Of a stretch of DNA of 32,000 nt, positions 1-8,915 are shown in pieces (the stretch's first letter is position 1; each line of letters starts with the position of its first letter). This DNA comes from Acaryochloris marina MBIC11017 (GTDB lineage Bacteria > Cyanobacteriota > Cyanobacteriia > Thermosynechococcales > Thermosynechococcaceae). The stretch is from the NCBI RefSeq assembly GCF_000018105.1, contig NC_009925.1, positions 3,660,001 to 3,692,000 of the forward strand, in the 5' to 3' direction. The notes under the pieces were generated by a model. That model did no database searches and was not told the DNA's origin. It saw only the letters and a program-made list of their open reading frames with translations. The position numbers were made by a program, and so were the translations under genes.

Positions 1-49
1 ACAAGAGACTCGGTGCTATCTGAGTCGTCAATGGGGAACACACAGTACG

Positions 50-81
50 CCGGCAGACTTGGTTCAGTTTGTCGGTTTTTT
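50..81 (+). terminator. candidate rho-independent terminator of a plus-strand gene ending at or before the window edge
   Basis: 9-bp stem ccggcagac (50-58) / gtttgtcgg (67-75) with two G-U pairs and an 8-nt loop, followed by T6 (76-81). Plus frame 3 has a stop at 19-21. Confidence 0.4.
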
Positions 82-120
82 ATTGTGTATTTTTAGAGAA
101 CCTTTTCTTGAACCATAACC

Positions 121-717
121 CTATTTCATTAAGCCCATCGTATGTTTCCAGGACAACTCTTTACGCAAAATATCGAGAGCCCTACGATCGCTACCGTCAA
201 ACAAGGGACTAATTTGCCCGAGGACCTGCTCAACAAGTTGTGAGGCAAAAGCCCCTCCAGACCTTAATAGATGGCTGTAATAGCCAAATTGGGGTTGATG
301 CGTACGATCTAAATGAAAGGCATGGATATCGTCTGTACTCATCGTCCACACTGGCGTATTCACCGGGACAACCAAGCTGGGAATACCTTGATCGCCGTAA
401 GCATCTGACTGGTCCTGAACCAGCACGCCGATAAGAACACACCAGAGCAAGGTTCGAGTTTCTCGAATTAAATCGGGTGTAAAGAAGGGATCCGGCTGAC
501 TGACTAAGCGTGGTCCTGAACTGAGATAGGCAGGATTAAATAATTGAGAGTTATAGACCAGCCCCACAGCCCAATGCCGTTCTTCAGTTTCTAGCTTGAC
601 GAAGCAGCCAAACCCATAATCATCGGGTCGAGGAGGGGTCAAGACTTCCATGTCATCATCTACTTGGATGACGTAGTCGCAATGTGAATCTGATTTAACA
701 ACTTTTCCGAGTTTCAT
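121..717 (-). CDS. conserved hypothetical protein (about 198 aa), function unknown
   Basis: Long ORF. The track start at 723 is TTG, and the first ATG is at 717 (MKLGKVVKSD...). I recognise no catalytic motif. Confidence 0.6.
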   Translation of the reverse strand: MKLGKVVKSDSHCDYVIQVDDDMEVLTPPRPDDYGFGCFVKLETEERHWAVGLVYNSQLFNPAYLSSGPRLVSQPDPFFTPDLIRETRTLLWCVLIGVLVQDQSDAYGDQGIPSLVVPVNTPVWTMSTDDIHAFHLDRTHQPQFGYYSHLLRSGGAFASQLVEQVLGQISPLFDGSDRRALDILRKELSWKHTMGLMK

Positions 718-836
718 ACTCAAGCGCTAGGCTATCTTTGCTTGAATTCTAGATGCCTTCATCTGTTATTGGTGCCAGCTTACAAATACTTAAGGCCTTG
801 AGCTGCGCTATTTAACAGTGAATTCAAAGCTAATGA

Positions 837-1148
837 CTAATTGGGTGGAGCTTTGGAGGTGCTCTGTGAACCATGTCCATGGGTGGGACAAGGCGGCGCA
901 CTAATGGATCGATCCAGCCAACCTACAGCTTGCTGTAAGCGAAGTAAGCCTTCTTCAGACTGATCATTGAGGAGAAACACAATCGCTGTAGCTGCCTGTT
1001 CTAAGGCTCTAGCTCGACGATTGGTTTTAAGTCGGTGCCAGTCTCCAGACGTAATAGTTAATTGTTCTACGAGTTTACGGGCTGTGGCGATGGTGATCTC
1101 TGGTGAGATGGATGAGTCAGAGGCCTGAGTAGATGGATGGTTTGACAT
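837..1148 (-). CDS. small hypothetical protein (103 aa), function unknown
   Basis: ATG start at 1148 with AGGA about 8 nt upstream. A promoter-like element lies just upstream. No motif recognised. Confidence 0.55.
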   Translation of the reverse strand: MSNHPSTQASDSSISPEITIATARKLVEQLTITSGDWHRLKTNRRARALEQAATAIVFLLNDQSEEGLLRLQQAVGWLDRSISAPPCPTHGHGSQSTSKAPPN

Positions 1149-1175
1149 ATTTGTTTCCTAATGTGCCTGAAGCTG

Positions 1176-1205
1176 ATTGTAACGGGGGCATCCTAATTGT
1201 GTCAG
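1176..1205 (-). promoter_or_regulatory. candidate sigma70-type promoter for the 837..1148 gene
   Basis: On the minus strand: CTGACA (1205-1200), an 18-nt spacer, then TACAAT (1181-1176). This sits about 28 nt upstream of the ATG. Confidence 0.35.
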
Positions 1206-1481
1206 GCTCAGGTATTTACCGAACTCCTGACTTTATGTGGGCTGATACAGAAATCCCTGTTACAATGCCCACTAGCGATTCCTGCGACGTTGGTGACTGC
1301 CAATATTGTTTTTTGATCTATACCTTTAACGCTAGGGAGCCATTTGCTCGATAGCAGTAGACCAAGCTTGTACTTGGAAACTTTAAATCGATGTTTTCAA
1401 CTCCCACCTGGATGATTCCAGGTCAAAAACTGAGGTAAGACGGCGTTGCGGGAAAAGCACCTCAAAATTTTTGCTCATAAC

Positions 1482-1516
1482 AAAAAGAACCTCAGCCTAT
1501 TTGCTGAGGTTCTTTT
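1482..1516 (-). terminator. rho-independent (bidirectional) terminator immediately downstream of trnL
   Basis: Perfect 11-bp stem agaacctcagc (1486-1496) / gctgaggttct (1503-1513) with a 6-nt loop, flanked by an A-run and a T-run. It begins 12 nt after the tRNA 3' end. Confidence 0.75.
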
Positions 1517-1525
1517 GATCTGTAA

Positions 1526-1854
1526 TGGGGGCGGAGGGACTTGAACCCTCACGACCTTACCGGTCAACGGATTTTCATTCTCCCGCTGCTTTCGCAGCTG
1601 CCAATGTGGTTTTGAGAATTGGACTCTCCCTTTACCCGCGCCATACTTCAAGGATTAGCTTTGAGTAGCGTGAGGGTAGCTCCCGTCGAGTCTCTGCACC
1701 TTCCAAATCATCTATGACTTGGCTTGGCTCAGGATTGCCTTGTCTGAAAGTTCAGATTTAGGTTTCCCTGAGTTTGAGAGCATTCACTTACAAGATTTCT
1801 CCTGTAAGGCTCAGCTTTCTAAGTCCGTAGCGTCTACCATTCCGCCACGCCCCC
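1526..1854 (-). tRNA. trnL: tRNA-Leu(UAA) interrupted by a group I intron (5' exon 1854..1821, 3' exon 1575..1526)
   Basis: The joined exons read GGGGGCGTGGCGGAATGGTAGACGCTACGGACTT|AAAATCCGTTGACCGGTAAGGTCGTGAGGGTTCAAGTCCCTCCGCCCCCA. This gives a 7-bp acceptor stem (GGGGGCG/CGCCCCC), anticodon loop CUUAAAA, a long variable arm, a GGTTCAAGTCC T-loop and discriminator A. CCA is not encoded. Confidence 0.95.
1576..1820 (-). ncRNA. group I self-splicing intron (245 nt) of the cyanobacterial/plastid trnL(UAA) class, with no internal ORF
   Basis: It is inserted between U34 and A35 of the anticodon and ends in ...GAGAAUG (omega-G) before AAAAUCC. It contains the hallmark conserved blocks CTCAGGGAAACCTAA, GGCAATCCTGAGCCAA, GGTGCAGAGACTCGACGGGAGCTACCC and AGAGTCCAATTCTCAAA. 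Confidence 0.93.
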
Positions 1855-1868
1855 TTATTGCTTGGACT

Positions 1869-1899
1869 ACAATAGCACGGGATTATGACTAGTTTGCAA
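1869..1899 (-). promoter_or_regulatory. weak candidate promoter for trnL
   Basis: On the minus strand: TTGCAA (1899-1894), a 19-nt spacer, then TATTGT (1874-1869), 14 nt before the mature tRNA 5' end. The spacer is longer than optimal. Confidence 0.25.
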
Positions 1900-2117
1900 G
1901 TCGATATCTTTGAGCATCTGAAAACCGACCAATATAGCTCACATTTCTAAAGAGCTAAGGCTGTTCCAAGTGACTTGAAAGCCCTGAAAACCCGATAGTT
2001 GTTTAAGTACTGCTGAGTATTGTTCTGCCCAAACAGAACAGCTCCAGCGTTTCTCTTATAACTGTGATATGGCCATGCTGCTATGAGCTTTCAGTTAAGT
2101 TGGAGTAAGCGCCTATT

Positions 2118-3377
2118 TCATTTCTTTAGTGTTTCTTGGGCTAGAGAGGTTGTTTTTGGAATTAACTCTCGAAAAAGTGATTGATACTTACTTACAGCAT
2201 GTTTGAGCTGATATTTACATAAAACAGCTTGCGCTGCTTTGTGTCCCATGTCGTTACATAATTCTGAATCATTCACGATTTGAGTTAAGAGTTTAACCAA
2301 TTGATCACCATCATGAGGTGAAACTAACCAACCAATACCTTCTTCTTGAATGACTTTTGCTAATTCAGATTCATGATCTGCGATCGCAATCAATGGTTTG
2401 CCCGCAGCCATCTGATTGTACATCCGGCTGGGTACTGACACTCCTGCCATCCCTGGTACAAATGAGATGACTCCCACATCACAAGAATTAAGGGCCACAT
2501 TTTTTTCCTCATGAGGCAAGTACGGTAACACCGTGACATTCTGCAATTTTTGCTCTTGTACCCTCGCTTCCACCTCTGGCTTCCGAGCCCCGGCCCCAAT
2601 CAGCAAAAAATGAATCTGAGGATGTGTTTTCGTTAGGATGTTTGCTGCATCCAATAAGATGTTTAAGTCATGAGTCCGGCCCATATTCCCTGCATAGAGC
2701 ACTACAAACTTATCGACTAACTTTAAGCGCTGTAAAAGGGTACTGTCCTGCTTATCAACAGGATAAATCATCTCAGTTTCAGCCCAATTGGGAATACAAA
2801 CCAGCTTCCCCTCTACAGGCTGAGTAAATTTTTGACCCACTAGCTTTTGCATATCTCGCCCCAGCGTAATGATGCGGCTAGCCTGTGCATAAACCAGACG
2901 ATTGCCCCTTTGCACTAGTCGATAGACCAGAGAGTGGTTATGGACAAGCCCCGTAGCAGATAACACTTCGGGATAAACATCATGCACCAAGAGAACAAAC
3001 TCACACCCCTTCAACGTTTTGAGTAACCATGCCATAAAGGGCAAGAGTGGTGGATTGGTGACGACTAAGACCACATCACTGGCATGGCACTGCCATAAGG
3101 CTTGTAAAAAGATTGCGATCGCACGGGTACAACCATTCACTAGGCGTCCAGGAAGCCAATTCTTATCGAATGCTGTTCCAGAACATCGATGAATTTCCAC
3201 CCCTTTTACAACAACATATGAGGCCAAGCTTGACGCTTGACTTTCATATAGAGAAGCGTCAGTAAAGACTATCACTGGATAGTCTGTGACCAGTCCTTGA
3301 GCAATTGCAGTTAGAAAATAAGCTGTTGATGTTCTTTCTGGATAAAACAATTCTGTTAAAACGACAACGCGATTCAT
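2118..3377 (-). CDS. GT4-family glycosyltransferase (WcaI/WbuB-like)
   Basis: 419 aa with an ATG start. It has a GT-B fold signature and the C-terminal motif ...VSVPSRMYNQMAAGKPLIAI... typical of WcaI/WbuB-type GT4 enzymes. Confidence 0.85.
   Translation of the reverse strand: MNRVVVLTELFYPERTSTAYFLTAIAQGLVTDYPVIVFTDASLYESQASSLASYVVVKGVEIHRCSGTAFDKNWLPGRLVNGCTRAIAIFLQALWQCHASDVVLVVTNPPLLPFMAWLLKTLKGCEFVLLVHDVYPEVLSATGLVHNHSLVYRLVQRGNRLVYAQASRIITLGRDMQKLVGQKFTQPVEGKLVCIPNWAETEMIYPVDKQDSTLLQRLKLVDKFVVLYAGNMGRTHDLNILLDAANILTKTHPQIHFLLIGAGARKPEVEARVQEQKLQNVTVLPYLPHEEKNVALNSCDVGVISFVPGMAGVSVPSRMYNQMAAGKPLIAIADHESELAKVIQEEGIGWLVSPHDGDQLVKLLTQIVNDSELCNDMGHKAAQAVLCKYQLKHAVSKYQSLFRELIPKTTSLAQETLKK
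2380..2387. repeat. HIP1 palindrome GCGATCGC
   Basis: Perfect 8-mer. Confidence 0.9.
3115..3122. repeat. HIP1 palindrome GCGATCGC
   Basis: Perfect 8-mer. Confidence 0.9.
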
Positions 3378-3386
3378 ACTCAGGCC

Positions 3387-4580
3387 TTAAATGAGTAAGC
3401 TTTTATAAACGCTGAGCGTTTTGTTTGCAGCTGACTCCCACGAAAAGATGGACTGCTGACGAATCTTGGCGTTATCGCTAAGGTATAGGCATCGATCCTG
3501 ATCATTTAATAAGGTTTCCACCGTCTGTAAGTATTCGGTAAATAAGCCTTTGGGAACCACCACACCTGACTCATGAGCCAACTGGTATGAGATACCACCC
3601 ACATCGTAAGCAACAACCGGCAATTCACAAGCCATAGCCTCAATAATAGTTAGAGGTAATGTGTCTGACACACTTGGGAAGAGAAGCAATGTTGCAAGAT
3701 GATAGAAAGCTCGCTGTTCTTCAAGTGTTAAGTAATCAGTAAATACAACATCAATAGCAGGCTTGGGTGGTAACGCTTTAGCCCATTGGTCTGGCTCATC
3801 TGGTGAGAGAAGTCTACCGCCCACTACTATAGTGGCAGGCGAAGACAGCTGATTGGCGACCCGCATGACAGTATCAAGTCCTTTATTGGCCGTATGGTTA
3901 CCGATGAATAAGAGAATCGGCTTTGTCGTATTTACCCCAAACTTATCCTGGACATGAACATAGTCTTCTTGCTGTGGCGGTTTCAGAAAAAAGGGATTCA
4001 CACCATTGGGGATTAAGTGAATCTTGTGTTTGGGAATGCCCTGTTCTTGTAACATCTTTATCTCATCAGGATATAAAGCAAATACTGCATCCATATAGCC
4101 TAAAGCTCTACGAATAGGATGAGTGACCGTTTGCTGCCACAACCACTTTTCGTAACGTTTCAGACTATAGTTGGGATGCATGACTTCAAAAAAACCATGT
4201 GTGGATGCAACCACCTTGATTCCTGAATTTGCAGCCTGTTTAGCGATATTCTCAAACGCGAAGCTTGGAATTGGGTTATGTAGATGCACAATGCTGGGAC
4301 GATAAGATAAGAGATTATTCAGGATATTGCTGTCTAGAAGACATGCTCTGACCCTACGGGGCATAAATTTTTCGAGATGGGGAAATCTTGTTCTACTTTG
4401 GAAACTCTTGATCTTCAACGGCCCCATATCGAATTCTTCATCACAATCCCACATCCGCCAAAGCTCAATGTCAAAATACTTGGCCATACTACGACTATGA
4501 TATTCTGAGGCGATGGCTGCGCCACCCAAATGACTACCAGAGGTTGAGAGGTTAACATTAATTGCGATGTTTTCTTTCAC
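3387..4580 (-). CDS. GT4-family glycosyltransferase
   Basis: 397 aa. It carries an EX7E-type motif (LPLTIIEAMACELPVVAYDVGG). The start codon is GTG (4580), and there is no nearby in-frame ATG that keeps the N-terminal Gly-rich region. Confidence 0.85.
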   Translation of the reverse strand: MKENIAINVNLSTSGSHLGGAAIASEYHSRSMAKYFDIELWRMWDCDEEFDMGPLKIKSFQSRTRFPHLEKFMPRRVRACLLDSNILNNLLSYRPSIVHLHNPIPSFAFENIAKQAANSGIKVVASTHGFFEVMHPNYSLKRYEKWLWQQTVTHPIRRALGYMDAVFALYPDEIKMLQEQGIPKHKIHLIPNGVNPFFLKPPQQEDYVHVQDKFGVNTTKPILLFIGNHTANKGLDTVMRVANQLSSPATIVVGGRLLSPDEPDQWAKALPPKPAIDVVFTDYLTLEEQRAFYHLATLLLFPSVSDTLPLTIIEAMACELPVVAYDVGGISYQLAHESGVVVPKGLFTEYLQTVETLLNDQDRCLYLSDNAKIRQQSIFSWESAANKTLSVYKSLLI

Positions 4581-4641
4581 TATATTATTTTTTCAAGGAA
4601 CTACAGATAAGAGCCATAATGCCAATGATTGGGAATAAGAT

Positions 4642-5574
4642 ATGAAGCGAGTCTTGGTAACAGGTGGAGCCGGGTTTATTGGTTCAGCTCTACTTCCTGA
4701 ATTGGTTGCTTCTAATTATGATGTTTATGTCATCGATAATTTATCCTTTGGGAAACGAGAGCTTTTGAATATCTCAGATGATCATTTTTTCTTGTCTGAT
4801 ATTCTGGATCGGAAAAATCTAAACAGCATCATAAAGAATATTCAGCCCCATTGGGTGATTCATTTAGCTGCTATACATTTCATCCCCTATTGCAATCAAA
4901 ACCCTTTTGAAGCCTCGAATATCAATATTCAAGGGACAATGAATATATTAGATGCACTACGTTCATTGGATTGCTTAGAAAAAGTTCTTTTTGCCTCGAC
5001 AGCAGCAGTTTATCCTAACACCAATCACCCCATTGCGGAGACTGTCTCTTCTAGTCCACTTGATATCTATGGATTAAGTAAATTAGCAGGAGAACATTTA
5101 CTGAATGAGTTTTATCTAATGACCAAAATACCTAGCATTATCTGTCGATTTTTTAATGCATTTGGCGCTAGGGAAACTAATCCACACCTTATACCAGAAA
5201 TTCATCGGCAAATTATGAATGGTAAGAGATCAATACAACTTGGTAACTTAGATCCAAAGCGGGACTTCATTCATACTGCTGATATGAGCCAAGCATTGCG
5301 GTTACTCTTAGAGCAATTTAGCACTGATATAGATACTTTTAATATTGGTAGTGGCCAAGAATATTCAGTGCAAGAGGTGGTTGAAGCATTTGAGTTAGCT
5401 ATCAACGAAAAAATTCAAATTGAAGTTGATCCTGCTCGGATTCGTAAAGTAGAACGTCAACATCTATGTGCTGATATTTCCAAGTTAAAAGAATATATTG
5501 GTTGGAAGCCAAGAGTTGATCTTAAGTCAGGTATTAAGTTTTTAATTGATAATCCAAACATAGCACTAGCGTAA
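4642..5574 (+). CDS. NAD-dependent sugar-nucleotide epimerase/dehydratase/reductase (extended SDR)
   Basis: It has the VLVTGGAGFIGS Rossmann motif and the catalytic YGLSK (YxxxK) motif. It is the only plus-strand gene in the locus. Confidence 0.85.
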   Translation: MKRVLVTGGAGFIGSALLPELVASNYDVYVIDNLSFGKRELLNISDDHFFLSDILDRKNLNSIIKNIQPHWVIHLAAIHFIPYCNQNPFEASNINIQGTMNILDALRSLDCLEKVLFASTAAVYPNTNHPIAETVSSSPLDIYGLSKLAGEHLLNEFYLMTKIPSIICRFFNAFGARETNPHLIPEIHRQIMNGKRSIQLGNLDPKRDFIHTADMSQALRLLLEQFSTDIDTFNIGSGQEYSVQEVVEAFELAINEKIQIEVDPARIRKVERQHLCADISKLKEYIGWKPRVDLKSGIKFLIDNPNIALA

Positions 5575-5636
5575 ATCTATTGCCCTAAGAGAATACCGTT
5601 AACATAAGAAACTAATCTCACATACCAAATGCGCTT

Positions 5637-6365
5637 CTAATTTTTCTGACAAAGCAGTGCAGAATTATAGGTAAATAAATTAACAGCTAACTTAGGAAAT
5701 AACTTTAAGCATAATCGCTTGATTTCATAGTTTATAGCTCCTTGCTTGCCTTGATCATGCAAGTGGACATCTTTAGAGTGAGCTGTAACTACCTGCTTTA
5801 AAACTATCAAATCGCAACTTTGTAACAGATGGCGGATAGTTTGTGGCGTATAGACATTGATATGACCCACGCGATTAAACACAAAATCTTTGGGTAATTT
5901 CAAAGTATGTTCTAATGGAACTTCAACAAACAAGCTTTTTCCGACGCGACTTGCCTCTTGAATGAGTAAGCGGGGATATTCTAAGTGCTCTACCACATGA
6001 CTAAGAACAACAATATCAAAATGGTTGTCTGCATAAGGTATTTGATAACCATCATACAGCTGACATTCCCGCATTGAGGGAATATTACGTTGTTTGATGC
6101 GTTCAATACCCGACGCTGAGATATCAAGTGCATACAGATCGGTCGCAAAACCAGTTTCATCCATGCGACTCACAACGGAGCCTTCTCCTGCCCCCACTTC
6201 TAGGATGGAATTATGAGGAATATCTCTACACAGTTGAATGATATTATCAACTTTTGGGATTGCACCAATTCGTCGCCACTCTCCATCCCCTTCAGGATTA
6301 TCTCCATCTTGGTAATAATCTTTATAATTATCTAATAAATACTTGCTGACGGCCAAATTCTTCAT
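5637..6365 (-). CDS. class I SAM-dependent methyltransferase
   Basis: Motif I is ILEVGAGEGS, and FDIVVLSHVVEHLEYP follows. The track start at 6413 is TTG, and the first ATG is at 6365 (MKNLAVSKY...). Confidence 0.8.
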   Translation of the reverse strand: MKNLAVSKYLLDNYKDYYQDGDNPEGDGEWRRIGAIPKVDNIIQLCRDIPHNSILEVGAGEGSVVSRMDETGFATDLYALDISASGIERIKQRNIPSMRECQLYDGYQIPYADNHFDIVVLSHVVEHLEYPRLLIQEASRVGKSLFVEVPLEHTLKLPKDFVFNRVGHINVYTPQTIRHLLQSCDLIVLKQVVTAHSKDVHLHDQGKQGAINYEIKRLCLKLFPKLAVNLFTYNSALLCQKN

Positions 6366-6437
6366 TGATATTTTTGAGTACAATTCATGAATAACTTTTG
6401 TGTTTTGTAGCAAGCTACTGAAGTAAGATTTTATGTA

Positions 6438-7295
6438 CTATAAAGGCTTACTACAGATAAAACTATATAATCGACCTGGGCGATTATCAAACGTCGAAAG
6501 CAGTCGTAATAATATAGGAAAAGTAATTGAGTTAAATATGAGATAAGCTAGAGATTTACTTCCTGGTAATGGACGGAGGCGTTGGCCAAATTTTGCCTGC
6601 ATGTTAGCAGGCGTTAAGGGTGCATAGTTAATCTTACTATCGAATGATTTCAAAACATGATCGATTCTCAAGCCTGCTTGTTGTAGTGCGTTGATGTATT
6701 CTGTAGACAAAAAAGCATTCTCACCTCCGTATAAGTGATGCAAAGGATGAGATTCAAGAAATCTTGGTAAATCTTCTTTGGATGAAATGACATGATCGCG
6801 GACAGCAATAAACTTACCACCTGGCTTTAATACCCGGTTGATTTCTTTGCAAAGTTCTTGTAGATCTTGGGCATGATGCAGAACTTGACGGGCGAAGACT
6901 AACTCAAATGATTGGTCTGGAAAAGGAAGCGTCTCTCCAAATTCTTGTGTTACTTGAATCGGTAACTCTGCAGTTTTTGCAAGATGATAGATGGCACCGA
7001 CACCGACTAGGTTACTAGGGTCAGGTTCTAATGAATGAACTTGCCATCCTTCTTTGGCCAGAGCATAGCTCGCAATGCCATTACCAGCTCCAATGTCGAG
7101 TGCTGATCCAACGGTAGTAGGAAGCAACTCATTAATGGCATGCCATTCCTCACTACACCAATATCGATTGGCTGCATCCACTAAAGGAGCATCATAGTAA
7201 CAAGCTTTAACCAACTCCTGTTGTTCAGGGTTAGATAGGAGATATTGAACAGCCTCTTCCCACGTTAGACATCTGTTTTGTTCAACTTGCATCAT
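6438..7295 (-). CDS. class I SAM-dependent methyltransferase
   Basis: Motif I is ALDIGAGNGIAS, and FELVFARQVLHHAQD follows. Its ATG overlaps the upstream stop as ATGA (7292-7295). Confidence 0.8.
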   Translation of the reverse strand: MMQVEQNRCLTWEEAVQYLLSNPEQQELVKACYYDAPLVDAANRYWCSEEWHAINELLPTTVGSALDIGAGNGIASYALAKEGWQVHSLEPDPSNLVGVGAIYHLAKTAELPIQVTQEFGETLPFPDQSFELVFARQVLHHAQDLQELCKEINRVLKPGGKFIAVRDHVISSKEDLPRFLESHPLHHLYGGENAFLSTEYINALQQAGLRIDHVLKSFDSKINYAPLTPANMQAKFGQRLRPLPGSKSLAYLIFNSITFPILLRLLSTFDNRPGRLYSFICSKPL

Positions 7296-8230
7296 CCATC
7301 AACCTCAACGGCTGTAAGATCACGTACTTTAATTAGGCTATCAGTGTTGACATCATACAAAGGCATATCCTTCATGACTTCTAACCCTGCTTCAAAATCA
7401 AGAAAAGATAGTTCACCAGTACGAGAACGTGAAATTCGAAACTTTGATTTCACATAAGCTTCTTCAGGAGTATAGGCTGGAAGATCGCCTAAGACATCAT
7501 CTCTAACAAAAAAGATATTATTGCCTTCTGAATTAGAACCGACTAACGAGTATCCTTTTTGCTTAGCTAAGACATGAAAGGCAGTAATCGAAGCACCCCA
7601 GTACAATCCAGAAAAGTGAGCTTTATGTATCATGAAATCTGGATCATATGGAGTTGTTACAGCATATTTGTACCCAAAAAGACTGTTGTATTCGCATATG
7701 ACAATTCTAGGCTTGATACTTTCAATGGATTGCCACACCCAATAGTCATTCCCATCAATATCAATTGAGAGGATTCCAATATCTCCATGTATGTCATTAC
7801 TAGAAATAAGCTGGTTAATGTTATTTCTAGTAATGAAAGAATGTTCGGTTCTCAAGTCATATTTCCAGGGTAAGTCACTTTGTCTTATTTTTTGAATATT
7901 CTTCTCGGAGCCATCAATTATTAAGCCAGACCAGTTGCGATTTTTTAACATAAAACGAGTATTCGATTCTGAATAATCGCCTACGCCGAACTCTACAAAT
8001 ATCCGGTTTTTTATTGATATATTATTGATCAAAAACTGGAGAATTCCATCTTCTCCCCATTGAGAGAAGACTTGAAATTCATAGTCATGTAAATCCCTAG
8101 ACTTTATTCGATCTAGCTGTCGCATTTCCAATCTTCCCACTGCCTCTTGAAGGCGTTCAATACGATCTACTAATGTTGCTAACTCATCAGCTGCTGAGTA
8201 AAGTCTTTGGAAGAATTTTGAAAGTTTCAT
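7292..8230 (-). CDS. putative methyltransferase (FkbM/Methyltransf_21-like) with an N-terminal coiled-coil segment
   Basis: The pattern FSQWGEDGIL...FVEFGVGDYSESNTRFML...WSGLIIDG resembles SQxGED...FVExG...SNT...WxGxxIE proteins that are usually annotated as FkbM-like. The assignment is from memory only. Confidence 0.45.
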   Translation of the reverse strand: MKLSKFFQRLYSAADELATLVDRIERLQEAVGRLEMRQLDRIKSRDLHDYEFQVFSQWGEDGILQFLINNISIKNRIFVEFGVGDYSESNTRFMLKNRNWSGLIIDGSEKNIQKIRQSDLPWKYDLRTEHSFITRNNINQLISSNDIHGDIGILSIDIDGNDYWVWQSIESIKPRIVICEYNSLFGYKYAVTTPYDPDFMIHKAHFSGLYWGASITAFHVLAKQKGYSLVGSNSEGNNIFFVRDDVLGDLPAYTPEEAYVKSKFRISRSRTGELSFLDFEAGLEVMKDMPLYDVNTDSLIKVRDLTAVEVDG

Positions 8231-8233
8231 TCA

Positions 8234-8839
8234 TCAAATCCAACGAATAAAACATGCTGGGTTGCCAGCATATATCGAATGAGGTGGGACATCTTTAGTC
8301 ACAACGGAAGCAGCTCCTATAACTGCACCTTCACCAATTGTAACACCCTTTAAAACAGTAGCATTAAACCCAATCCAAACATCATTATGAATTTGTATAG
8401 CAGATGAAGGAATTTCTAGTTCACTTTTAGGATGTCCATTTGTTACTATTTCCAGAAAATGATCATATCTCAGCTGCTTATTTAATGGATGTCCGTCAGT
8501 ATCATGGATATTGACATTGTGTGAAATCAGTACACGATTACCTATTTCTACTTTGTTAGCCGACCATATTCGAGAATTCTCTCCAACATAACAATCTTCA
8601 CCTACTTGAATATGTCCTGCATGTCCAAATGTAAGCAATTCGCCAAGTAAATGAGTCTTTGAACCTATGTTGATTGCTAATTTATCTCCTCGTATATTAA
8701 TGACTTTTGCAGTATGAAATATCTTGGCATTGCAATCAATAGTGGCAATAGAACGATAATGCATGCTTTTTATAAGTCCTATCACTTTATAGAGAGCCTG
8801 TAAAACTATGTATGGTAGACTCTTTAAAAAGATCAACAT
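8234..8839 (-). CDS. hexapeptide-repeat (left-handed beta-helix) sugar O-acyl/acetyltransferase
   Basis: It shows imperfect hexapeptide repeats (IGNRVLISHNVNI, WIGFNATVLKGVTIGEGAVIGAASVV) and a C-terminal VPPHSIYAGNPA motif. Confidence 0.8.
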   Translation of the reverse strand: MLIFLKSLPYIVLQALYKVIGLIKSMHYRSIATIDCNAKIFHTAKVINIRGDKLAINIGSKTHLLGELLTFGHAGHIQVGEDCYVGENSRIWSANKVEIGNRVLISHNVNIHDTDGHPLNKQLRYDHFLEIVTNGHPKSELEIPSSAIQIHNDVWIGFNATVLKGVTIGEGAVIGAASVVTKDVPPHSIYAGNPACFIRWI

Positions 8840-8915
8840 GCTTGAAACCTTAATCTATAAATATATTTATTATCATATAAAATATTTGAAATAAAGATTT
8901 TTAAAACCAATTTAC

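Noticed and set aside
1-21. A plus-strand CDS may end at the window edge (frame 3 stop at 19-21).
   Set aside because: Only six codons are visible, which is too little to support a feature. It is mentioned only as context for the terminator at 50-81.
1176-1266. Inverted copies of ATTGTAACGGGG / CCCTGTTACAAT (12 bp with one G-T) are separated by 67 nt.
   Set aside because: The proximal copy is explained as the -10 box (TACAAT) of the 837..1148 promoter. The long loop makes a stable structure unlikely, and there is no match to the NtcA GTA-N8-TAC consensus.
1133-1354. A 73-aa plus-strand ORF lies between the hypothetical gene and trnL.
   Set aside because: It overlaps the start and promoter region of the minus-strand gene, has no SD and no recognisable motif. 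It is probably a chance ORF.
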